NCBI GenBank assembly: GCA_963663165.1 | Contig: OY760175.1 | Span: forward strand, 3,936,001 to 4,000,000 | Direction: 5' to 3' | DNA: 64,000 nucleotides | Source of the DNA: an uncultured Desulfospira sp. | GTDB lineage: Bacteria > Desulfobacterota > Desulfobacteria > Desulfobacterales > Desulfobacteraceae | Part shown: piece by piece, positions 19,247 through 29,823 of the stretch | Layout of the letters: the number at the start of each line of letters is the position of its first letter | How positions within the stretch are numbered: position 1 is the first letter of the stretch | Made by a program: the position numbers and the translations under genes | Notes under the pieces: generated by a model | Told to the model about the DNA's origin: nothing | Seen by the model: the letters and a program-made list of their open reading frames with translations, nothing else | Database searches by the model: none

Positions 19247-19662
19247 AAGCGGAGACCGGAAACTGGAGACGGGAGACCGGAAGCCCCTTTCGGGTGTACG
19301 TGACATCCGGTCTCCTTTCCTCCCGTTTCCTTTCTTTTAATATTTCCTTGCATCCAAAAATTTACAGCGATATACAGTAGAAAAGCCGATATTAGATAAC
19401 ATTATCCTCTTTAGCGACTGCTCCTGTGAAAGCTCCCGGCATTCAAAATTCGCTGCAGGCGAACAGGGGAAAGTACCCCCTTAAAACCGTATGCAGCAGC
19501 GATATAGTGTCTGGCCGGAAACCCGTGTTTGGGCTCTTTAGAAGAGCCGTTCAAACACCATATAAATCATCCCGGATGAACCGGGATAAGGACTATACCT
19601 GTTGTGGTCCGGCCAAGAATTAATATATGCCCGTCCACAGCCGGTATCAAGGAGGGCGTCAC

Positions 19663-21543
19663 ATGGCTTTTACACAAAGCACTTTAAGAAAAAGTGTGGA
19701 TCCGGCAACCCATAAAATGCTGGATCTTGCCGAGAAACAAGGATTTCAGACCGCCTGGGACCGGTATGAAAAAATGCTGCCCCAGTGCGGGTTCGGCGAA
19801 TTAGGGGTCTGCTGCCGGATCTGCAACATGGGGCCGTGCCGGATCTGCCCCTTCGATGATTCAGGGCCGCAAAAGGGGGTTTGCGGGGCCACCGCCGATA
19901 TCATCGTGGCCCGGAACCTGATCCGGATGATCGCGGGCGGGGCCGCAGCCCATTCCGACCATGGCCGGGACCTGGCCCACACCCTGCTGTTAACGGCCCA
20001 GGGCAAGAGCGGCGGTTATGAAATCAAAGATGAAACCAAGCTGGCCGCCCTGGCCAAAGAGTACGGAATTGAAACCCAAAATCGCAAAAAAGAAGAGATC
20101 GCCCTTGACCTGGCCCAAAGCGTTTATGCAGAATTCGGCAAACAGGAAGGGGTTGTGCAGTTCAGCCGCAGAGCCCCTGAAAAGCGGGTGGATTTATGGA
20201 AAAAGGCCAGAATTGATCCGAGGGGCATTGACCGGGAAATCGTTGAAATCATGCACCGGACCCATATCGGGGTGGACAATGATCCGGTCAACCTGATTCT
20301 TCAAGGGCTAAAAGCCGCCATTGCAGACGGATGGGGGGGCTCCACCATTGCCACGGAAATTTCAGACGTGCTGTTCGGCACCCCGTCACCCGTCCGGTCC
20401 AAGGCCAATTTAGGGGTGTTAAAGCATGACCAGGTGAACATCATCGTCCATGGCCATGAACCGGTTTTATCGGAAATGATCGTTGCCGCATCCCGGGATG
20501 AAGCACTGCTGGCCCGGGCCACCGCCGCCGGGGCCAAGGGAATCAATGTGACCGGCATGTGCTGTACGGGCAATGAGATCATCATGCGCCACGGCATCCC
20601 CATTGCCGGCAATTTCCTCCAGCAGGAACTGGCCGTGATCACCGGTGCGGTAGAGGCCATGATCGTTGATGTCCAGTGTATCATGCCGGCCCTGGGCGAC
20701 CTTTGCGAGTGCTTTCATACAAGGTTTATCTCCACCTCCCCCAAAGCCAAATTCCCGGGCGCCGAACACATGGAATTCAACGAAAAAGAGGCCATGGACA
20801 TTGCTAAAAAAATCGTTGGTGCGGCCGTGGACAACTATCCGAATCGAAATCAGGACAAGGTGTTTATCCCTGAAGACCAGACCGAATGCATGGTGGGGTT
20901 CAGCACCGAGGCCATTGTCAATGCCCTTGGCGGCACCCTGGATCCTTTGCTTTCCGCCATCAAATCCGGGGCAATCAAAGGCATTGCCGGGGTGGTGGGG
21001 TGCAACAATCCCAAAATTAAACATGATCACGGGCACGTGGAACTGGTCAAAGAATTAATTAAAAACAATGTCCTGATCGCCACCACCGGCTGTAACGCCA
21101 TTGCCTGCGCCAAGGCAGGGCTCATGCTCCCGGAAGCCGCGGCCCATGCCGGAGACGGGCTCAAGGGCGTGTGTGAGGCCTTGGGGATTCCCCCGGTGCT
21201 TCACATGGGCTCCTGTGTGGATATCAGCCGGATTCTGACCGTGTGCGCGGCCGTGGCCAATGCCCTGGGGGTGGACATCAGTGACCTGCCCGTGGCCGGC
21301 GCGGCCCCGGAATGGATGAGCGAAAAGGCGGTCAGTATCGGGTCTTATGTGGTGGCATCGGGCATTTTCACGGTTCTGGGGACGGTTCCCCAGGTGCTGG
21401 GCAGCCCCCTGGTCACCCAGGTGCTGACCAGTGCGGCCAATGATGTGGTGGGCGCGGCCTTTGCCGTTGAGACCGATCCTGTAAAAGGGGCAAAGCTCAT
21501 GATTGACCATATGGATGCCAAGCGCAAAAACCTTGGGATTTAA
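19663..21543 (+). CDS. cooS: Anaerobic Ni-CO dehydrogenase catalytic subunit
   Basis: CGFGELGVCCRICNMGPC (D/B clusters), HSDHGR, HGHEP, MCCTGNE, DVQC, GCNN, TTGC, GSCVD, SEKA; RBS GGAGG. Confidence 0.95.
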   Translation: MAFTQSTLRKSVDPATHKMLDLAEKQGFQTAWDRYEKMLPQCGFGELGVCCRICNMGPCRICPFDDSGPQKGVCGATADIIVARNLIRMIAGGAAAHSDHGRDLAHTLLLTAQGKSGGYEIKDETKLAALAKEYGIETQNRKKEEIALDLAQSVYAEFGKQEGVVQFSRRAPEKRVDLWKKARIDPRGIDREIVEIMHRTHIGVDNDPVNLILQGLKAAIADGWGGSTIATEISDVLFGTPSPVRSKANLGVLKHDQVNIIVHGHEPVLSEMIVAASRDEALLARATAAGAKGINVTGMCCTGNEIIMRHGIPIAGNFLQQELAVITGAVEAMIVDVQCIMPALGDLCECFHTRFISTSPKAKFPGAEHMEFNEKEAMDIAKKIVGAAVDNYPNRNQDKVFIPEDQTECMVGFSTEAIVNALGGTLDPLLSAIKSGAIKGIAGVVGCNNPKIKHDHGHVELVKELIKNNVLIATTGCNAIACAKAGLMLPEAAAHAGDGLKGVCEALGIPPVLHMGSCVDISRILTVCAAVANALGVDISDLPVAGAAPEWMSEKAVSIGSYVVASGIFTVLGTVPQVLGSPLVTQVLTSAANDVVGAAFAVETDPVKGAKLMIDHMDAKRKNLGI

Positions 21544-21555
21544 AGGAGGGAGCCC

Positions 21556-22062
21556 ATGAACCAGCCAAAAGAAATCTTTGTCAAAGTTGACCGGTGTCTG
21601 GGGTGCCTGTCCTGCGTGACGGCCTGTGCTGTTGAGCATTCCCAAAGCAAAACCCTTTTCGGGGCCTTGTCCGAATCCCCGGCCCCCCGGTCCAGGGTTT
21701 ACGTGGAATGGGCCGCACCGGATAAAAAAGTGCCCATTGTCTGCCGCCAGTGTGAGGATTCCCCTTGCATGTATGCCTGTATCAGCGGGGCCATTACCCG
21801 GAACGAGGCCGGTGTGGTCATCACCGACCCGGACAAGTGTATCGGGTGCTGGACCTGTGTCATGGTCTGCCCCTACGGGGTCATCGGCCGTGATGTGAAC
21901 GGGGCCAAGGCATACCGGTGCGACCGGTGCCCGGACAGGGAAATGCCGGCCTGTGTGTCGGCCTGTCCCACCGGTGCCCTGGTGTATGACACGGTACCGG
22001 GGTTTTCCAAATCTGTCAGACAGCATGCCTCCCGGGAAATCGCAAAGGCGGAAGGGGAATGA
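21556..22062 (+). CDS. cooF: CooF-type multi-[4Fe-4S] ferredoxin
   Basis: Four Cys clusters (CLGCLSCVTAC, CRQCEDSPCMYAC, CIGCWTCVMVCP, CDRC..CVSACP). Confidence 0.88.
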   Translation: MNQPKEIFVKVDRCLGCLSCVTACAVEHSQSKTLFGALSESPAPRSRVYVEWAAPDKKVPIVCRQCEDSPCMYACISGAITRNEAGVVITDPDKCIGCWTCVMVCPYGVIGRDVNGAKAYRCDRCPDREMPACVSACPTGALVYDTVPGFSKSVRQHASREIAKAEGE

Positions 22063-22063
22063 T

Positions 22064-23311
22064 GTGGAATCAAAGACCAAATACTTGATTGTGGGGGCCA
22101 GCGCCGCCGGAATGGCCGCGGCCCATACCATCCGGGCCCATGATCCCACAGGGGGGATCACCCTGGTCACGGATGAGGCAGACCGGCCTTATTTCAGGCC
22201 CCTGATCCCCTATCTGGTGTCAGGGAAAAAACAGGCAAAGGACATGGGCATGAGCGGTTTCGGGCCCTATACCCGGCCGGATATCAAAGTCAGAACAAAC
22301 AGCCGGGTGACCGGGGTTGATCCTGAAAACCGGCAGGCTGTTTTAGCGGATAACACCGACCTTTCCTATGAAAGCATCCTGTTTGCCACGGGAAGCCGCC
22401 CCTATATCCCTCCGGAAATTGAAGGAACCCAAAGCGAGGGGGTGTTTGCTTTAAGGACATTGAAGGATGCCAGGGATATGGCCAAGCGCTCCGAAAAAAC
22501 CCGGCGCGCCGTGCTGCTCGGGGGAGGGCTGCTCAACCTCAAGGCCGCCTTTGCCCTGCTGGAACGCGGCATTAAGGTCACCCTGGTGGTCTTTTCTCCC
22601 CAGGTCCTGTCCCAGCTAATGGATCCTGAGGATGCCCAGCTCATCAGAAACGCCCTGGACCAGGCCGGACTGGAAATCAAAACCGGGGCCGCCGCCAAAG
22701 CCGTTCTTTCAGACAACAGTGGTGTGACCGGTGTGGCCCTGGACGACAATACCCAGATGGCCTGTGAGATGGTCTGTATCGGCAAAGGGGTAAGGCCCAA
22801 TGTGGAATTTCTGGAAGGAACCGGCATTCAACTGGAAAAAGGCATTTTGGCTGACCGCTATACAGCGTGCAGCTGCGCCTATGCCTATGCCGCCGGAGAC
22901 GTGGCCGTTACCCATGACCCGGTAACAGGGGATGCGGTCATGACGGCCCTGTGGACCAATGCCGTTGAAATGGGGCGGTGCGCGGGCCGGAACATGGCAG
23001 GGATTAAAACCGTCTATACCGGCACCTTTGGGATTTTAAACGCCACCCAGGTGGCGGATCTTCCTTTTGTGTCCATGGGAACGGTCCATACGGAAAACCG
23101 GGGCTTAGAGGTCCACTGCAAAGGGACCAAAGATGCCTACCGGAAAATGGTGTTCAGCCCGGACGGCTCCCGGCTCGTGGGAACGGTTCTGGTGGGAGAC
23201 ATCACCAATGCCGGCCTGTACCGCCATGTGATCCAGGAAAGAATGGACACCGAAAGGATCAAACCGCAGATTATTGACCATACCCTTCACTGGGGAAATC
23301 TGATCCGGTGA
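22064..23311 (+). CDS. FAD/NAD(P)-dependent oxidoreductase partner of CooS/CooF
   Basis: GTG start; IVGASAAG, ATGS, LGGG, YAAGDV. Confidence 0.85.
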   Translation: MESKTKYLIVGASAAGMAAAHTIRAHDPTGGITLVTDEADRPYFRPLIPYLVSGKKQAKDMGMSGFGPYTRPDIKVRTNSRVTGVDPENRQAVLADNTDLSYESILFATGSRPYIPPEIEGTQSEGVFALRTLKDARDMAKRSEKTRRAVLLGGGLLNLKAAFALLERGIKVTLVVFSPQVLSQLMDPEDAQLIRNALDQAGLEIKTGAAAKAVLSDNSGVTGVALDDNTQMACEMVCIGKGVRPNVEFLEGTGIQLEKGILADRYTACSCAYAYAAGDVAVTHDPVTGDAVMTALWTNAVEMGRCAGRNMAGIKTVYTGTFGILNATQVADLPFVSMGTVHTENRGLEVHCKGTKDAYRKMVFSPDGSRLVGTVLVGDITNAGLYRHVIQERMDTERIKPQIIDHTLHWGNLIR

Positions 23312-23330
23312 ACATGTAACAACCCATTGA

Positions 23331-23368
23331 GGCCATGTCCGCAAATCGTGGGCATGGCCCACTCCTAC
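23331..23368. repeat. Degenerate GTAG-type REP-like palindrome
   Basis: Minus strand GTAGGAGTGGGCCATGCCCACGA, paired with GGCCATGTCC. Confidence 0.45.
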
Positions 23369-23625
23369 CCAAAATCGAAACGGGTTTCAAAATCGTTCGA
23401 TTTCGACAATTAAGTAAGGAGTATGCCTTGCCGGGTTATAAATGCGGTTTGCATGGAGACTCTCATTCCATGGCTTGACTTTCAGGCCAAAGATTCTATT
23501 CTATACACTTTCATGCAGCATGGGCTGTGTTTAAAAACCGCCCCCAATGATGCGCATTAAAGGACCCTGCTTATGTATAATGCCAGCCCCCGTAACATCC
23601 TGCCTTTTTCTGCCCGGAGTTAATA

Positions 23626-24696
23626 TTGTCTGTTTTTATAAAATCCTTTGCCTTAAAAGGCCGTGGTGGCCGGGCCTGGCTCCGGTGGGGGCTGTTGGCC
23701 GTTTTTTCCCTGGTCCTGGTCATGGCCATGGAGCTGCTCCATTTGCCTGCCGCTCTTTTATTGGGCCCCATGATCGCTGCCATTGCCCTGGTGGTTACGG
23801 GGGTTGAGTTTACCTTGGCCAACCCCGTGTTTGTCCTGGCCCAGGGCGTGGTGGGCATGATGATTGCCGGCCACCTTCCCCTGAATGTATTTCATGAAAT
23901 TGCAGCGGACTGGGTGATCTTTCTGGCCGGCACCTCATCCACCATTATCACATCGGCTTTTTTGGGATGGCTTCTGGCACGTACCGGTCTGCTGCCCGGT
24001 ACCACTGCCATCTGGGGGTCCTCGCCGGGAGCCGCTTCGGTGATGACCCTGATGTGTGAGGATTACGGGGCAGACATGCGGCTGGTGGCCCTCATGCAAT
24101 ATATGAGAGTAGCCTGCTGTGCCCTGTCCACCACCCTTGCGGCCTGGTGTTTGGGGCATACCGGGGCTGCACTGGACCATACCAGCTGGTGGGAGATCAG
24201 TTCATGGCCGGGCCTTGTTGTTACAGTGGCCTTAACGGTTGTCTCCCCCCTGCTGGGGGTTCGGTTTCGCATTCCGGGCGGGGCATTGGTGCTGCCTTTG
24301 ATTCTGGGCATGGCCATCAAAATAACCGGCGTGATCCCCATTGTGCTGCCCCAATGGCTCCTGGCCCTTTCCTATGCGGTTTTGGGATGGGGAATCGGTT
24401 TCAGGTTCACACCAAAAGTGTTGCGCCACGCGGCCCGTCTTTTCCCCTATATCCTGGGGGCCATCATCATTCTCATCCTGGCCAACGGGGTTTTCGGGAT
24501 TGTTTTGATGCACTGGGCCAAGGTGGATTTTCTGACGGCCTTTTTATCCACAAGCCCCGGCGGTGCGGATTCCGTTGCCATCATTGCTGCGTCCACCAAT
24601 GTAAACCTTCCCTTTGTCATGGCCATGCAGGTCAGCCGCTTTTTAATGGTGCTGCTGGCAGGGCCCCTGCTGGCCCAATGGCTGTCAAAGCCCTAA
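23626..24696 (+). CDS. Membrane AbrB-family (AidB regulator-like) protein
   Basis: LLGPMIA, AQGVVG, duplicated SSPGAA / TSPGGA motifs, LMQYMR / AMQVSR. Confidence 0.85.
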   Translation: MSVFIKSFALKGRGGRAWLRWGLLAVFSLVLVMAMELLHLPAALLLGPMIAAIALVVTGVEFTLANPVFVLAQGVVGMMIAGHLPLNVFHEIAADWVIFLAGTSSTIITSAFLGWLLARTGLLPGTTAIWGSSPGAASVMTLMCEDYGADMRLVALMQYMRVACCALSTTLAAWCLGHTGAALDHTSWWEISSWPGLVVTVALTVVSPLLGVRFRIPGGALVLPLILGMAIKITGVIPIVLPQWLLALSYAVLGWGIGFRFTPKVLRHAARLFPYILGAIIILILANGVFGIVLMHWAKVDFLTAFLSTSPGGADSVAIIAASTNVNLPFVMAMQVSRFLMVLLAGPLLAQWLSKP

Positions 24697-25367
24697 CCCA
24701 TGACGGCATGACCGCGGTTTTCCAGGGATTTTCCCCCTGAAATAACGGCATGGCAGCGGCAAGCGGTAGCGACAAAAAAAAGGCCGTCACAGCGGCGGAT
24801 CTGCCCGGCCAGGTCAAACAAGGCTTTGGGCCGGTACCCCCCGACCCCCGGGCCAAGCTGCTCGCTGCGAATGACAACCGGAAGAAACTGCCCGAACCGG
24901 ATGTCTTTTAACAGGGTAAACATGTCCTGTTTTCGTTTTTGGCCGGTTTTGGTACAGATATCGTCAGGTTCGTTACAATTGGGCGGACAGATAAAATCGG
25001 CATGGCTGGCATATACATCGTCGCCTTTCTCCCCCCGCATGGCATTGGGCACCATTGTATCAAAGTCTAGGGAAAGGGGAACCGGCATGACCCGGTCCGG
25101 GCCCAGGGTGTTCAGACACCACAGCCAGGCCAGATGAACCGGTACCGCCGGCACCACCCAGCCCACGCTTGAATCCGGCGCAAGGGTTTCACACAAAAAT
25201 CCTGTGCCATCGCTTTCCACCGTCCGGCACCCGATCTGCCGGGCCGCCTCAAGGCTTGCCCGGTCTAAATCCACCATGGTGATATTCAAAGGCTTGCGGT
25301 GGCGGGCCAGCCATTTGGCGGCCCGGAGCCCGAACTTGCCGGCACCGATGATCCATATATTTTCCAT
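24693..25367 (-). CDS. Rossmann-fold (TrkA-N-like) Cys-rich hypothetical protein
   Basis: IIGAGKFG; CPPNCNEPDDIC, ATACRCH. Confidence 0.65.
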   Translation of the reverse strand: MENIWIIGAGKFGLRAAKWLARHRKPLNITMVDLDRASLEAARQIGCRTVESDGTGFLCETLAPDSSVGWVVPAVPVHLAWLWCLNTLGPDRVMPVPLSLDFDTMVPNAMRGEKGDDVYASHADFICPPNCNEPDDICTKTGQKRKQDMFTLLKDIRFGQFLPVVIRSEQLGPGVGGYRPKALFDLAGQIRRCDGLFFVATACRCHAVISGGKSLENRGHAVMG

Positions 25368-25495
25368 AGCTGCATATACCCCGGTAAGTTGTCCCGTTTT
25401 TTTAATTTTTTACGCCATGCCAAAGGGTATAGCGATTTGCTCACGGATACAACCCTTAAATACCCGGCGTACCATGCTGTTTGGGAGCGGTCTGC

Positions 25496-26791
25496 TCAAC
25501 TGCCAAAAAACACCATGTTCCCGATTGAGGCAAGGCCCCACATGGCAAGGGCATAGTGCCAGTTGCTTTTGAGAATCTGTACGGCCGATGCCTGATACCG
25601 GCTCAGCAGGGCCAGGCCGACGCCGGACAAAGGGCTGGTTCCCGTTGAAATCGCCCATGAACTTAAAAAAAGAAAGCCCAGCTGGGATGGATCCGGATTC
25701 AGGGGCAGCAACAAGGGGCTTAAAACGGAAATGCTGACCACGGGATGGACCCCGAAAAACCCGATGAAAATAACGATCCACAGAATGACGGAAAACAATT
25801 CCGGCGTAAAACCGGCAGAGTGAAGGCTGAGCAGGTCCGGATAAACCCGGATAATGGACTTAATCCCGGTTGAAAAAATCCCGGCTGCCAGAAACAGGGA
25901 GAACTGGCTGCCGGTTGAATTCAGCCGGGTCTCGATAAACCGGTGCAGGGTGGAAAGCCTTGGCCGTTCTTTCATAAAGGCCACCGCGCCCGCCGGCGCC
26001 ACCACACAGATAATGGAAAGCACGTTGATCCGGGGTACCGCAAAGTGGGTCAAAAGGACAAGGCCCGCCAGAAAGAACGGGATCACCAGGCTGTCCGGCC
26101 TGAACGGATATCCTGAAAACTCTTCTTTCCTGAAAAAGCCAACCTCCACAACAGAAAAACAGATACCGATGATGCTCATGGTAATCCCCGGGATAAGGGT
26201 TTGATGCAACGACATGCCCGGGGCATAGGTCAACGCCACACCAGTGGCAATGAAAAACGGAGACCACCATGCCGCAGCACAAAAGGACCGGGCAAGAATA
26301 ATCTGCTGATTGTTGTTTAAACGTCCGTTGACCTGAAGCCGGTCTCCAAAGACAAAAAGAACCGAAATGTTAATGACCGAAGCCAGAAGGTGGGTACCGA
26401 CCGCCGTTTGAACCACAGCGCCCCTGCCTTTGGGCAAAGATTCCATGGCCGGCCGGGTATTGGCCAGGGCAAGAAAGGACACGGCCACGAACATGGCCAG
26501 CATGGGCAGGTTAAGGGTGAGAATCTCCCGCCAGGGAAAAACAGCGCCCCGGCTGACCGCCAGAAGGTGAATTCCAATTCCGCTGGCTGCCAGAATCAGG
26601 CTTTGGCGCTGGATGCCCCTGGCAAAGGAAGACCACATGACCAGCGGCACCAGCCAGGCGCAGACCGCCTGGGGTACAACGGCAAAGGGAATTGCAAAAG
26701 ATAAAAGGTACATGGCCAATGTACCGGCAAACATCCATCCAATATAGGGTTTCATTTTTCTTACTTCATATCCTTTGTATGAAAAAACCAA
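25496..26791 (-). CDS. Polytopic membrane protein, probable transporter (start may be ~26755)
   Basis: About 12 hydrophobic segments, WSPFF motif. Confidence 0.7.
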   Translation of the reverse strand: MVFSYKGYEVRKMKPYIGWMFAGTLAMYLLSFAIPFAVVPQAVCAWLVPLVMWSSFARGIQRQSLILAASGIGIHLLAVSRGAVFPWREILTLNLPMLAMFVAVSFLALANTRPAMESLPKGRGAVVQTAVGTHLLASVINISVLFVFGDRLQVNGRLNNNQQIILARSFCAAAWWSPFFIATGVALTYAPGMSLHQTLIPGITMSIIGICFSVVEVGFFRKEEFSGYPFRPDSLVIPFFLAGLVLLTHFAVPRINVLSIICVVAPAGAVAFMKERPRLSTLHRFIETRLNSTGSQFSLFLAAGIFSTGIKSIIRVYPDLLSLHSAGFTPELFSVILWIVIFIGFFGVHPVVSISVLSPLLLPLNPDPSQLGFLFLSSWAISTGTSPLSGVGLALLSRYQASAVQILKSNWHYALAMWGLASIGNMVFFGS

Positions 26792-26955
26792 ATATATTAA
26801 TAGACAAGCCCATGAAGTTCAATGAAATTTTGAATTATTGGCACAGGATCAGATAAAGGCCAAGGTGAATTTGGCCCCTTTTGCCATTCGCACAGATGCC
26901 GGACCTGTGATATATTGGGGTTCAATATATATAAGGCCTGAAAAAAGCTTAACAT

Positions 26956-27696
26956 ATGAAGACAGAACTGATTCCGCCTGAAAAAGACCCTTTGGGACAG
27001 ATGTTGTCCGAATACCTGGCAGGGGATAAAGAAGCTTATGTCCAGGTGGCGTCTCCGGATTTTGAGATGTCGAAAATGGCCGGGGAGCTGATGTTCCGGT
27101 CCTGGTATCGTATGGAGCCTATAGAGCAAAAAGCCCTGGACCTGTGCCGGGGAAAGGTGCTGGATATCGGGGCCGGCAGCGGCTGTCACAGCCTGGTACT
27201 CCAGGCCGTGGAAACCCTGAATGTGACGGCCATGGACATCTCGCCGGGATGCGTTGGGGTCATGGAGCAGCAGGGCATCAACCAGGTCTGTCAGGACAGT
27301 CTTTTCACCCATGACGGAGGCCCCTATGATACCCTGCTCATGCTCATGAACGGCATAGGCCTTTGCGGCAGCATTGAAGGGCTTAACATTTTTCTGCAGC
27401 GGGCGGCATCGCTTTTAAACCCGGGCGGACAGATCCTGGCCGACTCCACAGACCTTGCCGTTCCCTATACCGGGGCCATGGCATCACGCCCTGACCAGCC
27501 TTACTTCGGGGAAACCCGGTTTGCCATATCTTATAAACAGATGACCGGTGATCCCTTTGACTGGCTGTATATTGACTTTTCCACCCTGGCGTTCTACGCC
27601 GATTTTCACGGCTGGCGATGCACCAAGGTGGTGCAAAACAAAGAAGGCAAATACCTGGCAAAGCTCACTAAATTTAAGGATATACCTCGGGAATAA
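26956..27696 (+). CDS. Class I SAM-dependent methyltransferase
   Basis: VLDIGAGSG, DISP, YDTLLMLMNGIG. Confidence 0.85.
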   Translation: MKTELIPPEKDPLGQMLSEYLAGDKEAYVQVASPDFEMSKMAGELMFRSWYRMEPIEQKALDLCRGKVLDIGAGSGCHSLVLQAVETLNVTAMDISPGCVGVMEQQGINQVCQDSLFTHDGGPYDTLLMLMNGIGLCGSIEGLNIFLQRAASLLNPGGQILADSTDLAVPYTGAMASRPDQPYFGETRFAISYKQMTGDPFDWLYIDFSTLAFYADFHGWRCTKVVQNKEGKYLAKLTKFKDIPRE

Positions 27697-28576
27697 ACGT
27701 CTGGTCCGTCAGGGGTGGACGAATGTACCCCTGGTTCTTCTGCCGGGGCGGCAGCTTGATCGTTTTGGGCGTTAAATCCTCATAGGGAATCATGCTTAAC
27801 AGGTGGCTGATCACATTGAGCCTGGCGTGCCGTTTAACGTCAGCATTGACCACGTACCAGGGGGCCTGTTTGATATCCGTGTATTTAAACAGCTCATCCT
27901 TGGCCTTGGAATACTCCACCCACCTTTTACGGGACTCCAAATCCATGGGACTGAGTTTCCACTGCTTGAGGGGATCATGGATGCGGGCCTGGAACCGTCT
28001 CTCCTGTTCCTCGTCACTCACGGACAGGTAATACTTGATCAAGATAATTCCCGAGCGGACCAGCATTCTTTCAAATTCCGGGCAGGAGCGCATGAATTCC
28101 CGGTATTCTTCTTCCGTGCAGAACCCCATCACCCGCTCAACAAGGGCCCGGTTGTACCAGCTTCGGTCAAACAGCATCATTTCTCCGGCGGCCGGCAAAT
28201 GGGCGGTATACCGCTGAAAATACCACTGGGTCTTTTCCTTTTCCATGGGGGTGCCAAGGGCCACCACCTTGACGACTCGGGGATTGAGCCGATCCATGAT
28301 CCGTTTGATGGTGCCGCCCTTTCCGGCCGTATCCCGTCCTTCAAAGATCACCACCACCTTCAGGCCTTTATGCTTGATCCATTCCTGAAGTTTAACCAGT
28401 TCCACCTGAAGCTTGGCCAGTTCATCTTCATATCGGTCCCGCTTCATTTTTTCGGGCGGTTTTCCGGGCGTCTCGTTTAAGGTTGCCTCTCCGTTAAGCC
28501 CGTTTAACGGCTGGCCGGCTGTCTCCGGCTCATGCTTTTTCCCATTATCGGCTGCGCCTTTTTTCTTTTTAGACAT
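27674..28576 (-). CDS. ppk2: Polyphosphate kinase 2
   Basis: FEGRDTAGKGG, FDRSWYNR, WKLSPMD. Confidence 0.95.
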   Translation of the reverse strand: MSKKKKGAADNGKKHEPETAGQPLNGLNGEATLNETPGKPPEKMKRDRYEDELAKLQVELVKLQEWIKHKGLKVVVIFEGRDTAGKGGTIKRIMDRLNPRVVKVVALGTPMEKEKTQWYFQRYTAHLPAAGEMMLFDRSWYNRALVERVMGFCTEEEYREFMRSCPEFERMLVRSGIILIKYYLSVSDEEQERRFQARIHDPLKQWKLSPMDLESRKRWVEYSKAKDELFKYTDIKQAPWYVVNADVKRHARLNVISHLLSMIPYEDLTPKTIKLPPRQKNQGYIRPPLTDQTFIPEVYP

Positions 28577-28609
28577 GGTTCCCTCCCCACGCGAAAACAA
28601 AAAACAATT

Positions 28610-29026
28610 CTATTCTCCGATAATCTTCACCAGAACCCGTTTTCTGCGCCGGCCGTCAAACTCCCCGTAGAAGATCTGTTCCCAGGTCCCAAAATCCAGT
28701 TTCCCGTCGGTGACGGCCACCACCACCTCCCGGCCCATGATCTGCCGCTTCATATGGGCATCGGCATTGTCCTCGCCCACATTGTGCCTGTACTGGCTGA
28801 CCGGGGCATGGGGGGCCAGTTTCTCCAGCCAGACATCATAATCATGATGAAGCCCTGATTCGTCATCATTAATAAACACGGACGCCGTGATGTGCATGGC
28901 GTTGCACAGCAGCAGCCCGTTTTGAATCCCGCTTTGGGCCAGGCATTCCTCAATATCAGGGGTGATATTAATAAACGCCCTGCGGCCGGGCACCTCAAAC
29001 CAGAGTTCTTTTCTAAAATGTTTCAT
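28610..29026 (-). CDS. yjbQ: YjbQ/UPF0047 family protein
   Basis: [25 protein letters not shown]. Confidence 0.9.
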   Translation of the reverse strand: MKHFRKELWFEVPGRRAFINITPDIEECLAQSGIQNGLLLCNAMHITASVFINDDESGLHHDYDVWLEKLAPHAPVSQYRHNVGEDNADAHMKRQIMGREVVVAVTDGKLDFGTWEQIFYGEFDGRRRKRVLVKIIGE

Positions 29027-29071
29027 ATTCTGATGCCTGCTTATGTTTCAGCGATAGCTGAATAGTTACCG

Positions 29072-29335
29072 TTATTTGAGCTTTTTGTTTCCCCATCGAA
29101 ATTCGGGTTTCTCCCCCTTTTTCCAGCAAATGAAAATCAACAGGGCAGACAATATCATCACATATATGACATAGAGCCCGGCGCCAATGGGAGAGGTTGC
29201 CATTAAAAGACCGCCCGCTAACAGCAGAACAAAGTACAATAAGTATACCAGCCACCCCTGCCATGTTATGGGCAGTCCCCAGCCAATGCCGTAGCTCATT
29301 GCGGGAAACCATATGGTCTGTTTCTTTTTATCCAT
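29072..29335 (-). CDS. Small membrane protein
   Basis: WFPAMSYGIGWGLPITWQGW, two TM segments, KGEKPEFRWG. Confidence 0.7.
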   Translation of the reverse strand: MDKKKQTIWFPAMSYGIGWGLPITWQGWLVYLLYFVLLLAGGLLMATSPIGAGLYVIYVMILSALLIFICWKKGEKPEFRWGNKKLK

Positions 29336-29823
29336 AGGCCTTTGGGGAAGTTAATTTGAATCTTTCATGGTCTGTTTAATCATCATACCCTTTGCCGGTA
29401 TATTTCTTTAAAAAAAACGCTCAAAATGATGATAAAAAAAATCCCGCCTCATAGGGCCGGCCAGACAACAGGAGACTGAGAAAATATTTTTAAGCCATGG
29501 CCTACTGGATACCATACCATGGCCAATGAAAAAATATCAATTTGAAATAAAAAAAGGCAACGGCCTTGTCAGAAACGCTGTCCTTTATGGCGTAAGCATT
29601 TATAATCTGTTCTATTTTATTCTTTTTTTTAGTATAAGACCCATTAGACCAAAACCCCATAGGATCAATTGTTCCTTGATCTTGCGAAACAGAATACAGA
29701 CTGATTTCAAGGTGAACAACAGATTCTTGAACTTATGGCTTACCCCCTCAGGTACAACCAATCGATTAAAATGGGACTTAGCTTGTATCCTATCAACCGA
29801 ATAACGAATGAACCGCAACCATT

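Noticed and set aside
21055..22170. 371-aa antisense ORF over cooS/cooF, and similar long antisense ORFs elsewhere
   Set aside because: Shadow frames of GC-rich genes with no motifs
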